Source: Azolla caroliniana (taxonomy: Eukaryota; Plantae; Polypodiophyta). Taken from it: a stretch of 64,000 nt of DNA. Of this stretch, positions 1 through 11,300 are shown one piece after another. The DNA lies in assembly GCA_043228905.1 (NCBI GenBank), contig JBHGNT010000001.1:7316001-7380000 (forward strand), given 5' to 3'. The stretch's first letter is position 1, and every line of letters begins with the position of its first letter. A program made the position numbers and the translations under genes. The notes under the pieces were generated by a model that searched no databases, was not told where the DNA came from, and worked only from the letters and a program-made list of their open reading frames with translations.

Positions 1-82
1 GCTCCGGCATCTCCGTTTGACTGCTTCCGGTTCGGTCTCCTTCCAGTAACGGTTCCTCATCACTGAGGTTGACCGTAACTGG

Positions 83-167
83 TGTTGTAGGCAATGTCGT
101 CAGTGCGGAAGATCAAGAAGCACTCGATTCCTGTTTATTCCCTGCGTATGACAGAGTCATAGATCGT

Positions 168-204
<37 letters not shown>

Positions 205-375
205 CACAAAAGAGTCTTTATTTCATAAAGCAATAATACAACACCCAACCTCACAAAGAGGTTACAAGGTCACTATATATAGTGACCAACTTAGGGCAAC
301 TACCCTTTATGCTAATTACATAAATGGCCAACACGGGATAGTGTGAATACGTCCATTATACACATGTATTCGACA
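83..375 (-). repeat. Copia copy 1 3' LTR
   Basis: tgttgtaggc...attcgaca; contains a (GA)n tract and a TATATATA box; adjacent to the PPT. Confidence 0.97.
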
Positions 376-382
376 CTCCCCC
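376..382 (-). other. Polypurine tract of Copia copy 1
   Basis: Minus-strand GGGGGAG immediately before the 3' LTR. Confidence 0.85.
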
Positions 383-568
383 GTAATGGGCGTATACATG
401 GGTTATCTAAGATTACAGGTATAGACTTAGGTTCTCGGACATATCAGCTTTGTTCGAGTCGGCAGGGTCCGAAGGCAGAAGACCGAACTGGTCGGGTCGG
501 AACAGTTGAAGCCGATCATTAAGGAACTGATGTCGGTTGTCGGGAACCATCCTGCTCTGTGTCCGGCT

Positions 569-3500
569 CTAACCGGACTGGTTTGTCGTTACGCCCATCT
601 GATGCCGAAGAGACCGAAAACGGTCTGCCGAAAGACACTTGGTCATTCCATCTGCGACATTGTCGGTTGTGGATATTTTCTCTAGACCGATTTTCCCTGA
701 GATGACGCAGTCCCGAACGAAGTGATATCGAACGTCGATATGCTTGGAGGCGTTGTGGTGAACCGGATTTTTCGACAAGGCAACAGCACCTTGACTGTCG
801 CTGTAGACAACTGGAGCCGAGTCATGGTCGACTTGTCGAAACGTGTGCGCCAGCCGACCAAGCCATAAGGCTTCTTTTGCTGCGTCGGACGCAGCTACAT
901 ATTCTGCTTCGGTCGTTGAGGTCGCTGTGCATTCCTGAAGTTTCGACTTCCACGAGATTGCTCCATTGCCGAATTTGAAGCAGTATCCGGTTGTTGATTT
1001 TCGACTGTCTATACAGCCGGCGAAGTCCGAGTCGGTGTAACCGACTACGCCTGAGGTTCGGTTCGGACCGAAAAGAATGCCATGGTCTTTTGTGCCAGCC
1101 AGATATCTGAACACATGCTTGACTGCGTTCCAATGCGATCGGCCAGGATTGTGCATAAATCTGCTAACGACTCCTACGGCATGAGAGATATCAGGCCGTG
1201 TCGCGACCATCAGGTACATAAGGGAGCCGACTGCCGGTGCATACGGTACCGACTTCATATCTTCCCCCTCCGAACCGGATGTCGGGCAGTCTCGCTGAGA
1301 GAGCCGAAGATTCATGGGGAGCGGGGTTGAAGCAGATTTGGCTGATTGCATGTTGAAGCGTTCCAAGACACGTCCGATATAGTCGGTCTGAGACAAAAAA
1401 AGATGTCGTTTAGCGCGATGCCGACTAATCTTGATGCCAAGGATGTGTCGTGCCGGACCGAGGTCCTTCATGGCAAACTTCAACCGCAGTTGCCGAACGA
1501 GATCGGCAAGTTCGCCCGCGTGGCGTCCAGAAATTAGCATGTCGTCCACGTAAATGATGAGGAAGATGGGTGATCCATCTTGAGCTGTGTTGGTGAAGAG
1601 ACAATGGTCCTCATCGCTTTTGGAGAAGCCGATCGATTGGATGAAGTCGTCGAACTTCTTGTACCATTGTCGTGGTGCCTGTTTGAGGCCGTATAGACTC
1701 TTCCTGAGTCGGCAGACTAGATGTTCTTGGCCAGTTGCCACGAAGCCTTTCGGCTGCTCCATATAAATTTCTTCCTCGAGATCACCATGGAGGAAGGCTG
1801 TTTTGACATCTAGCTGAATCAGCTCCAAGTTGTCGGCGGCCACTACGCCGAGTAGAAAACGAAGGGTTGTCATTTTCACCACTGGTGAAAAAATCTCGTC
1901 GAAGTCGACGCCATATTCTTGTCGGAAGCCCTTCGCAACTAATCTGGCCTTGTACTTTGGGGTGGTCGAATCAGACGTCTCTTTTAGTCGATAAACCCAC
2001 TTGCAAGGAAGAGCACGTCGGTTCCTAGGTAATTCGACCAGATCCCAAGTCTTGTTTGCTCGAATGGAGTGCATTTCCGACTCCATCGCCAGATGCCAGG
2101 TGGCGGAATCGACAGATGTCGATGTTTCTTCGTAAGACGTCCGTTCGCCGGCGTCGGTGAAGAAAATTCCAGGAGAGTACCTCTCCGGAGGTTGCGACAG
2201 TCTCTCGGATCGTCGAGGTATGATTGGACTGGTCGCATCGGGTATCGAGGTCGGATGGTCCGAAACCGAAACATTCGGCTGTGCCGAGTCAGAGTTGTCC
2301 GAGTCGGTAGTATAAGGTTCAGCTACCCGTGAAGCTGACCGTGTGTTGAGAGCGGGGCCTTCTTGAAGGGTCGGCACATCGGAGAATGTTACCCTTCGGA
2401 CTTCGATCGGTTTTTCGACTGATGGATTCATAGCCGACTCGTTGAACACAACGTCCGAACTTCGAACGATTTGCCTGCGTTCGGGGTCCCAGAGTCGGTA
2501 TCCCATTTCGCCGTCTGATCCATATCCAAGGAAAATGCATTTCCTGGACCGAGGTGCAAGTTTTCGGCGATCATCTTTCGGAATAAGGGCGTACGCCTCA
2601 CATCCGAAGATCCTCAGCTTGTCGTAATTCGGCTTACTGCCGATCCATAGTTCCTGAGGAATTAGAAGTCCTAGAGGTCTACTTGGCGACATATTGATTA
2701 TGTGTACTGCCGTGAGTAGAGCCTCTGCCCAGAAGCCATCCGACAGTCCGGAGTGTTGGAGCATGGAAACTATCCTTTCTTGGATTGTCCGATTCATCCG
2801 TTCGGCAATCCCGTTTTGCTCCGGGCTGTGTGGTGCCGTAAATTCACGTCTGATGCCGCGTTGTCGGCAGAATTTGACGAATTCTTCGGATTTGAACTCT
2901 CCACCATTGTCTGTCCGAAAGCATTTCAGTTTTCGGCCGGTTTGATTTTCTACCATAGCGAGCCAATCTGAGAAGATCGAGAAGACCCGATCTTTAGTGC
3001 GAATTGGATAAGCCCACACCTTTCGAGTCGAATCGTCAATAAAGGTGACGAAGTAAGAGGCACCGCCAAGAGACTGATGCGGCATTGGGCCGCAGACGTC
3101 CGAGTGGACTAAATCGAGAGGTCTCGTTTCTCTTGGTGCTGATGTCGGGTGTGATGCGGCTACTTGTTTGCCATACTGGCAATGCTCGCAGAATTGATGG
3201 TCGGAGAAGGAGAGTTTGGGGATGTATCCGGCTCTAGATAGGTGCGTGATGCCGGCCTTGCTGAGGTGTCCTAATCTTCGGTGCCATAGTGATGACACAG
3301 GAATATCCATCAGAAACAGGTTACCCTCTCTGAGCGTAACATGTAACGGATACAGGGAGTGTATCTTGGGTCCTCTAGCAAGCAGGAGGTTCCCCCTGTG
3401 GAGTGTCCACCCTCCCGAAGAAAAACCGGCACGAATGCCGTCTTCATCTAGTTGTCCGACTGAGATCAATGGCCTTGAGAGCTCGGGTACATGTCGGACA

Positions 3501-4585
3501 TTGTGGAGTACAAGTGTAGAGCCACCTGCAAGGTTGAGCTCTACTGTGCCGATTCCGATGATGTCACAGTGTTGTGAGTTGCCGACTCGAACTGAGTCGG
3601 AGTGACGGATCGTATATTGCCGAAATTGGGATCGATGAGGAGTCACGTGAAATGACGCGCCCGAATCTAAGAGCCATGTGCTCGATTCTTCAGTCGTGAG
3701 TAGAACTTCTGATCCGACTGGATTTTCGATTGATAGTATATTCGGGTCGTCCGGTAGTACATCAGCTGAGAAGCTGACGTAATTGATCTCCTCATGACGG
3801 CCACTCTTCTTGTTGTTCTTGTTCTTGAGTGCGCGGCAGTCGGCTTTGATGTGTCCGGGTTTCTTGCAATAGTTGCAGATTCGGTTATCCCGTGACTGGC
3901 TCCGTCTTCGCTGATTGTTCGGCGGTCGTGAGGAATCTCTTCCTCGTATGTTCGATCGGTCTGTCGAACCTTGTACTACGTAAGCGTCGTCTGTTGAGTC
4001 TTTGGCAAAAGACTTTCTCCGAGCTGCTTCGGTCAGAATTGCGCTCGTGACTTCGGAGTATTTGACAGCCGTGGTTGACGCGTTGCACACGGTTGTGACG
4101 AAAGTTTCCCATGATGAGGGAAGGCTGCTCATGAGTATCATTGCTCTGAGTTCATCCTCGATTGCCGTCCCCTGTGACGAGATTTGGGAGCTTATGCTTT
4201 CGTACTCATTGAGGTGTGCTTGAACCGAATCGGATTCTTTCATCCGCAAGTTGTAGAGGCGCCGGATCAGAAACATCTTCGTTGCGGCGACCTTCTTTTC
4301 GTAAGTGTCCGACAGTGTTTTCCACAGTTCGAATGCTGTCGTACACGATTGCACCGTAAAGTATACCGATTCCGATAGGTGCATCCGAATCGTGGCGCGG
4401 ACGATTCTGTCCAGCTTCTGCCACTCAATTGGTTTGTATCCTTCTGGAGGTTCTTCATTTTCGATGGGATCGATTTGCCCCTTGACTATGAGATAGTCCT
4501 GCATTTGCTCCTTCCAGAAGTTAAAGTTCGATCCATCGAACTTTCGTAGACTCATTTCTGACGAGCCGGATGTTGATGCCATCAA
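569..4585 (-). CDS. Copia Gag-Pol polyprotein, 1338 aa (Gag, zinc knuckle, PR, IN, RT, RNase H)
   Basis: Motifs CNYCKKPGHIKADC, WLLDSGAS, WHRRLGH...CEHC, LVHSDVCG, YKARLVAKGF, YVDDML and YTDSDFAG in Copia order (IN before RT). Confidence 0.98.
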   Translation of the reverse strand: MMASTSGSSEMSLRKFDGSNFNFWKEQMQDYLIVKGQIDPIENEEPPEGYKPIEWQKLDRIVRATIRMHLSESVYFTVQSCTTAFELWKTLSDTYEKKVAATKMFLIRRLYNLRMKESDSVQAHLNEYESISSQISSQGTAIEDELRAMILMSSLPSSWETFVTTVCNASTTAVKYSEVTSAILTEAARRKSFAKDSTDDAYVVQGSTDRSNIRGRDSSRPPNNQRRRSQSRDNRICNYCKKPGHIKADCRALKNKNNKKSGRHEEINYVSFSADVLPDDPNILSIENPVGSEVLLTTEESSTWLLDSGASFHVTPHRSQFRQYTIRHSDSVRVGNSQHCDIIGIGTVELNLAGGSTLVLHNVRHVPELSRPLISVGQLDEDGIRAGFSSGGWTLHRGNLLLARGPKIHSLYPLHVTLREGNLFLMDIPVSSLWHRRLGHLSKAGITHLSRAGYIPKLSFSDHQFCEHCQYGKQVAASHPTSAPRETRPLDLVHSDVCGPMPHQSLGGASYFVTFIDDSTRKVWAYPIRTKDRVFSIFSDWLAMVENQTGRKLKCFRTDNGGEFKSEEFVKFCRQRGIRREFTAPHSPEQNGIAERMNRTIQERIVSMLQHSGLSDGFWAEALLTAVHIINMSPSRPLGLLIPQELWIGSKPNYDKLRIFGCEAYALIPKDDRRKLAPRSRKCIFLGYGSDGEMGYRLWDPERRQIVRSSDVVFNESAMNPSVEKPIEVRRVTFSDVPTLQEGPALNTRSASRVAEPYTTDSDNSDSAQPNVSVSDHPTSIPDATSPIIPRRSERLSQPPERYSPGIFFTDAGERTSYEETSTSVDSATWHLAMESEMHSIRANKTWDLVELPRNRRALPCKWVYRLKETSDSTTPKYKARLVAKGFRQEYGVDFDEIFSPVVKMTTLRFLLGVVAADNLELIQLDVKTAFLHGDLEEEIYMEQPKGFVATGQEHLVCRLRKSLYGLKQAPRQWYKKFDDFIQSIGFSKSDEDHCLFTNTAQDGSPIFLIIYVDDMLISGRHAGELADLVRQLRLKFAMKDLGPARHILGIKISRHRAKRHLFLSQTDYIGRVLERFNMQSAKSASTPLPMNLRLSQRDCPTSGSEGEDMKSVPYAPAVGSLMYLMVATRPDISHAVGVVSRFMHNPGRSHWNAVKHVFRYLAGTKDHGILFGPNRTSGVVGYTDSDFAGCIDSRKSTTGYCFKFGNGAISWKSKLQECTATSTTEAEYVAASDAAKEALWLGRLAHTFRQVDHDSAPVVYSDSQGAVALSKNPVHHNASKHIDVRYHFVRDCVISGKIGLEKISTTDNVADGMTKCLSADRFRSLRHQMGVTTNQSG

Positions 4586-5261
4586 ATTTGGTTTCGGTTG
4601 GCGAAGCTCGGTTCGGAGTTGACTACGAACCTTGAAGGAGTGCAGCCGGTTGGCTCACCCGATATCGTTCTAGTCGGATTTGAACCCGAGTCGGTTCGGC
4701 TTCGGATATATGTATTTGTTGAACTTGCTCGAATTGACTCCGGTAGCTTGAGGGACAGAACCGACTGGTCTTCCCGGATGTTGCCGAGTCGAAGTGAGCC
4801 CGGTTCGCTTCGGATATATATGCCGAATACCGATTATTGAAACCGATTATCTGGACCGATTCTGCTTCGGGTGGCTGCAGCGACGAGAGAGACAGATCCA
4901 CCTGATCCTCTCGAATGTCGATCAGCCGGATGAAGCACGAATTGGGGTTGTTGTCTTGAGACCGATCTGCACCGAGTGGTTACAACGAGCGGCGAGCAGC
5001 GTTTGTTGACTACTTCGGATGTCGTTTAACCGAATGGAGCACGATCGTGTCAATGATACACAAGGGGATTTCACCTCGAGCGGTTACGATCACAAGGAAC
5101 AGAGTACAACCTGATGGCTTACTCCAAGCAAGAGGATCTAACGCGATGAGGTGCAAAACCTCGTTTTTCTTTTGTTCTTCTTCTCTCTTTTTCGAATGAC
5201 GCAGGAAACCGAATGCTGAGACGACGGCCGACAGCGGATTGAAGGACCGACTACTGTGCAG

Positions 5262-5273
5262 GCTCTGATACCA
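5262..5273 (-). other. Primer binding site (tRNA-iMet), Copia copy 1
   Basis: Minus-strand TGGTATCAGAGC, 2 nt inside the 5' LTR. Confidence 0.95.
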
Positions 5274-5275
5274 GA

Positions 5276-5360
5276 TGTTGTAGGCAATGTCGTCAGTGCG
5301 GAAGATCAAGAAGCACTCGATTCCTGTTTATTCCCTGCGTATGACAGAGTCATAGATCGT

Positions 5361-5397
<37 letters not shown>

Positions 5398-5568
5398 CAC
5401 AAAAGAGTCTTTATTTCATAAAGCAATAATACAACACCCAACCTCACAAAGAGGTTACAAGGTCACTATATATAGTGACCAACTTAGGGCAACTACCCTT
5501 TATGCTAATTACATAAATGGCCAACACGGGATAGTGTGAATACGTCCATTATACACATGTATTCGACA
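5276..5568 (-). repeat. Copia copy 1 5' LTR
   Basis: Direct repeat of 83-375; followed by the TSD ACTGG. Confidence 0.97.
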
Positions 5569-8279
5569 ACTGGTTCTCGTTCTTTCTCTCCCCGGAGCCG
5601 GGACCTCTCGTAGCTTTCAAACTGGATCTGCGCCTCCAGCCTGTCGTCGTGCAGCTGAGCTACAAGTTGCCGGACTTGCTCTAGTTGGTCCTCTGCCAAG
5701 GCTTGAAAGTCTTCGGCAAGCTCATCCCTTATGCCGGTGAAGTCTTCGGAAGTCAGCATATAGCAATCATCTCCCTCCTTCCGCCGGTTCTCTACGTCAG
5801 CCCGGAGCAATTGGAGTTCCGCCGCGTTCGTGGCCCACTTGGTCCACCATTTGACGGAACCGTTGTCAATCAAGCTCTTGGTCTGGTTCAACCAGGCCCA
5901 CATTATATCTTGGATGCGACTTGCTCCCATTTGAGCTCTGCTTTCCACCACTTGTCGCTCCTCCTTCAACTGCTTGATGAGGTTTGCCGTATCCTCCGCC
6001 TGCTCTCTGTAGCGCGTCAGCTGCCCTTGATATGTCGTTTGCAGCCTCTGCAGTACCTCTGCCGCTCTTTCTTTTTCCGCCTGCTGTTGCCTGAGGAGCT
6101 CTGTCCGAACCTTCTCCGCCTCTTCCAACCGTCTTCTGTTTTCCGCTTGTTCCTTAGCGAATGCGGTTGCGGTCCGATCAACTGCTTGCCGGAGCTCATC
6201 CGTCCGTTCCTTGTGCTCCGTTTGCAACCGTTTATACTCCCGGTGCAATTGCTCAAATTCCTCCGTTTTTTGTTTGAGCTTGCCGTTGATCTGGCGATGG
6301 TTCCGGTCCTCCCGGTCCTTTACCTGCCGGAGTTCCTCTTTCAGGCTCTCTACTTCTGTTTCGGCGTTCCTCCGGAGCCTCTCCTTCTCTTGCAGCATTT
6401 TCTCCTTCTCCTCCTTGAGCCGGTCGTATGCTTGGTGGCCTTTCCGTAAGCTCTCCTCGGCCCGGCGTAGATTCTCAGCAGTCTTTTTGAGTTCTGCCTC
6501 CGCTGCCGTCTTCAATTCTCTTTCGCGGCTCCTCAGCGCTTCTTGGGCAGCTAGCTCATCCTTTAAATCCGCAAGCTCTTGGGCTTGTGCCGCATTTCTC
6601 TCCGGAACGGTTTCCGTTGCCGGGGTCTGATTGCTATGTACAGGGTGATTTGACACTTTATTCTGTACATTGCCCGGAGTCACCGGTGCTTGGACTTGTG
6701 TTTCCCTTGTGACCCTGTCCAAGTCTTGTTCAAGGCTCCGGATTCTGGACCGGGCCGTCTCTAGATCTACGGTTGTGACGAGCAACCGTTCCTGGTGCGC
6801 TCTCTCTTCCGCCTCTATATACTCGACCACTCCGGCGATTTGCTCGCCTACCCACCGTAGCCACATGCTACTGGTGCCCTGTTGCTGTACTGGTCGGGTC
6901 GGCTCATTCATCGTGGAATTGTCTGGCCTGATTGCCTGCATATGCCGTTCTGGTTCTACTCCTTGGCCGCCGTGTGCTCTGGCTGGGCTCGCAGGCTGTT
7001 GAGTTCCGGTTCTCGCCGTTTCCGGAGCCGTTGGACTGACTTCTTCTATAGAAGTCGACAAGACCGGTTCCCTACGGACCGGTTCCGGTTCTTCCCTTGT
7101 GGTTTGCTCAGGTTGAGTTGGGGGCGTTTCTGCCTCTCGCGGGTACGACCGCTCCCCTCCTGTCTCGGCGGTCCTACTTCTCGACCGTCGTTGGAGGTGC
7201 TCTTCTGGCTCCTCCGTTTCCTCTTCCTGTGTCACGGCATGTTTCTGTGCCGTCAAGGGTTCCGGTTCCTTCTGTCCTGGTCTCCGTAAGGTTATCTTGA
7301 CGGGTCGGACCGGTGACACCTCCTCCGGTTCTGGGACCCGTTTCTTCCCTTTCGTCGCCTTCGACGCCAGCAGCTGCTGTCGTTTGGACGCCGGCTTCGA
7401 GGTGCTTCCTTCCGATACTCTTGGCCGCTTCTTTGGCTGGACGGTCTCGACCGGCGGCACGAGCAATGTTATCCATTGAGCTACGGCGTGCCACAGCTTC
7501 CGGCCCTCCTTGCCGTCCTTCCCTCGTACCATGTCGATTGCCATGCACAACCCGTCTGCAATCAACACCGGCCAGTCCACCTTGACCCATTCATAGGTGG
7601 CTATGATCATCCCTGCCCGATTTTTTGGCATGACAGGGGGTCGGGGGTACACGTGACCGTACTCATGGAGCACTCGAGCTATCTCCCTGAATAGCGGATC
7701 TTCGCCGCCCTGCGTCCGATAGCCTTTGCCGGCAACAGAGTACTCACCGAAATATCGGGTGAGTTGCTCCGAGGTTGGGTTATCGATCTGAAAGATTCCT
7801 CCCTCCGGAAGGCCTGTTAGCGCGCGGATCGCTTCCTCGGTGATGACCTCTGTGGCGAGCTCCTTGATGACCCGGTCGGCTTCTCTGTGCGGCGGTGCCT
7901 CCATGATGGCCAAGAACCCCTCCAGTCCGTTTTGCCTGAACCATTTCCTGGCCGCTTCCGACAGTGTTTGTGGTTCCATGTCTGCTTCAAGGTCGAGAGA
8001 AGATGGCGAGGTAGAGTGGTGATGAGAGTGAGAGCGAGAGAGAGAGCGTTCTGAGCGCGGGGGTTCTCTGCGTGCAGGTTCGCGTTTGCTCAGCTTCCAC
8101 TGTCTTGGTGCTTCTGTGCTTCTTGGCTCGCGAAATGAAAAGGTCTCCATGCGTTCTGTTTCTTCTTTGTGCGTTTTGGCGCCTTTTTCGAGCATGCACA
8201 CGTCGTGTACCAATTTAGTATTAAGTAGCATGGCGTCTCTTAAATGCCCACTACGTACCTTTTCGCGCCTCGCTTTCAC
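5569..8279 (-). CDS. Gypsy extra ORF (ORF2): PMD/transposon-protein-like N-terminal region, disordered linker, long coiled coil; disrupted by the Copia insertion
   Basis: ORF track 5505-8279; the last ~19 codons come from the Copia LTR. The track start is GTG and the first ATG is at 8231. Motif ITEEAIRALTGLP; E/K/R/Q-rich heptad region. Continues in frame at 82-1 (PVTVNLSDEEPLLEGDRTGSSQTEMPE). Confidence 0.8.
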
Positions 8280-8302
8280 ACCCGTTCATACCTCGATTTT
8301 TA

Positions 8303-8306
<4 letters not shown>

Positions 8307-8344
<38 letters not shown>
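8307..8344 (-). repeat. A38 homopolymer between pol and ORF2
   Basis: T-run 8307-8344 on the + strand, flanked by AATGA on both sides. Confidence 0.9.
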
Positions 8345-8347
<3 letters not shown>

Positions 8348-8361
8348 GACGGTGTGTGACC

Positions 8362-11300
8362 TTACATATCCGTAGGTCCCTTCGGACCCTGACCGTTTTC
8401 CTTACGGGTTGCCGTGTCTTCCTTCGTCTCTACTACGGGTTCCCCGTCGTCTTTTTCTTCCGGATCGATCCGTACCGATCCCGGGCAGGTTCCTGGTGTA
8501 GTGCCGGTGAGCTGCATAAACGGGTTCTTTGGCATCGGTCCATTATAGGGCTTTAGTCGAAATCCATTCACCCACTTGCCTACTACTTCCCCGGCAAGTG
8601 TCCCTATCTGATAGGACCCGTTGTATTCCCGTGTCAGCCAATACGGGCCTGTCCATCTGAACCGGAGTTTACCCGGCATCTTGCCCATCCTCGTTTGGAA
8701 TACTAGCACCGGCTTTCCGATTTCGAACATTTTCTCATTACCTTTCCGGTGCCGGTCAACGAACGCTTTCCGTCGTCGTTGCTCCAGTTCCATGTGTAGG
8801 ATGCTGGCCAGCCGTTGCTCCTCCAGTTCGCATAGTGCTGCTAGCCGTATTTCCTCCGACTTCTTTTCATTCAGCCGTTCCCGTAGTTGGATCCGTAAGC
8901 TTGGTACCTGAAACTCGACCGGCATGACCGCTTCTAAGCCGAATGCTAGCCGGAACGGCGTTGTCCGGATACTTGTTTTGTATGCCGTTCGGTACGCCCA
9001 TAGCGCACTATGGAGCTTTGTGTCCCAATCCGTCCGGTTTTCGTTGACGATTTTGCGTAGAATGTTCTGCAGCGTTTTGTTGGTGGACTCCGCTAACCCG
9101 TTCGCCTGTGGGTAGTACGGTGTGCTCCGTTTATGAACCACGGCATAGAACGTTGTTAAGCTTTCCACTACCTGGCCGAGGAAATGCCCTCCTTGGTCGC
9201 TGATCAGTTCAATCGGACATCCATATCGGCACCAAATGTTCTCGTACAGGAATTTTGCTGTGGATGACGCGGTGTTGTCTCTCAGGGCCTTAGCTTCCAC
9301 CCATTTCGTGCAATAATCCGTTGCCACGATGACATAACGATTACCCGTTCTCATTGCTGGTGGCTTGAACGGTCCGACAAAATCCAATCCCCACTTCTGG
9401 AATGGCTCTAGTGGAAGTACCGGTTGGTGTGGCATCCGTGCTTGCTCCGTAGGCTGGCCCATTCGTTGGCATAGGTCACATTCCTTAGCATACTTGACGG
9501 CATCTTTTAGCGTCGTGGGCCACCATAATCCGCTCTGCCATACCTTTCTTGCCGTCGCTTCCCCGGCATAGTGTCCTCCGGCAACCCCACAGTGTGCTTC
9601 CCGTAAGATTACTTCTTTCTCGTCACTACGGACTGCCCGTCTCCATATTCCATCTGCTCCTTTGTGGTAGAGAGTGTCCCGTAACAGACAGAAATTGCGG
9701 CTCTGCACCGCCAGTCGTTTCCTCTCGTCCCGGTTCATTTCCTCCGGTGGCAGGCCCGTGCTTAGGAACTGGTGCATGTTTGTCAGCCATTTATCTTCTG
9801 ATGCCACCGTGTCGTCCGCTGCCGTTTCCGGGGTGATACGGAATAACTCCGCGTCCGGAAATTCATCCGCTACTCCGTCGCCTGGTTCTCCGGACTCTAA
9901 CCGGCTCAGGTAGTCTGCTACGGCATGCTGGATACCGGGCCGGTGAAAAATCTCGAATTCGAACTCCTGCAACAGTAAGGTCCAACGGGCCAACTTACCG
10001 GTCAGGGACGCCTTGGAAACTAAGTAGAGGAGCGCCGAGTGATCCACATGGAAGGAGAACTTCCTTCCCAATAGGTAGTGACGAAACTTTGTTACACTGT
10101 AGATCATGCCCAGAGCCTCCCGTTCCGTCGTTGAATAGTTCTTCTCCGCTTGGGACAGCTTCCGGCTGGCGTAATATACCGGCCGGTACCATTTGGGCTC
10201 CGTAAGCTGCATTAAGGCGCTGCCAATAGCGATGTCGGACGCGTCCACGAACACGTGAAATTCCTTGCTCCAATCCGGAGGCTGCACGACGGGTGCTTGC
10301 GATAAAAGAACCTTCAGGGCATTGTATGCCTTATCCTCCGTATCCGTCCATTGGAACGGTGTCCGATGTACCGCGGTGTGTAATGGTGTCGCCAAGTCCG
10401 CCAAGTGACGGAGCATCCGGCTGTGCCACCGGATTTGTCCTAGGAATCGGCTTAGTGCTTTGGCCGTTTTCGGCGCCGGTGCCCCTAGTATGGCGTTTAC
10501 TTTGTCCGGGTCGACCGCAATGCCCTCCTTACTTACGATGTGTCCCAGCAATATTCCACTTGAAACCCCAAAGATGCATTTTGCTGGGTTTAAGCTTAGC
10601 CGGTATAACCTACACTTTTCAAGGCATAACCGTAGGTGCTGCAAATGGTCTTTTCCCCGGCTATAGACTGCAAAATCATCCAGGAAAACTTGCATGAAGG
10701 CAGGGATGTATTCGCCGAAGATCTCCATGATAATTCGCTGGAAAGTTGCTGGTGCCGTTTTTAGGCCGAACATCATGACTTCTGCCACGAACACCCCCCA
10801 TTCGGTGACGAACGCTGTCTTTTCCTGGTCGTCCGGGTGCATCCGGATTTGATTGTACCCGCTGAACCCGTCTAAAAAGCTATAAACTTCATGACCGGCG
10901 ACGGCATCCAGTACTCCGTCCGTGAACGGAAGAGGGAATGCATCCGTAATTGTGGCGGCATTTAGTTTCCGGTAATCTACACACACACGGATTTTACCGT
11001 TCTTCTTTGGGACAACGACGATGGGGCTCAGCCACGTCGCTTTCTTTACCGGCCGGATAAAGCCCACTCTTAGGAGTTTGTCGATTTCCTCTTTTACTTT
11101 GGCGGCGTAGTTGGGGTTCATTCGATATCTTCGTTGCGCCACTGGTTTCGCGTCCTTGCCTAAGTGGATCTGATGCTGATATAATTGAGGGTCCAGCCCT
11201 CGCATGTCTTCGTATGACCAGGCGAATACGTCGCGAAACTCCGTGAGAAGTTTGATCATCGCCGCTTTATCTTCCGGCTTCATTTCTTTGGCGATGTGTA

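Larger units (their letters stand above)
83..5568 (-). mobile_element. Full-length Ty1/Copia LTR retrotransposon (Tnt1/Tork-like), copy 1
   Basis: TG...CA LTRs at 83-375 and 5276-5568, both 293 bp and apparently identical. 5-bp TSD ACTGG at 78-82 and 5569-5573. PBS, PPT and an intact polyprotein are present. Confidence 0.98.

Noticed and set aside
5505-5568. C-terminus and stop of the 924-aa ORF
   Set aside because: Read-through into the Copia LTR; the native frame continues at 82-1
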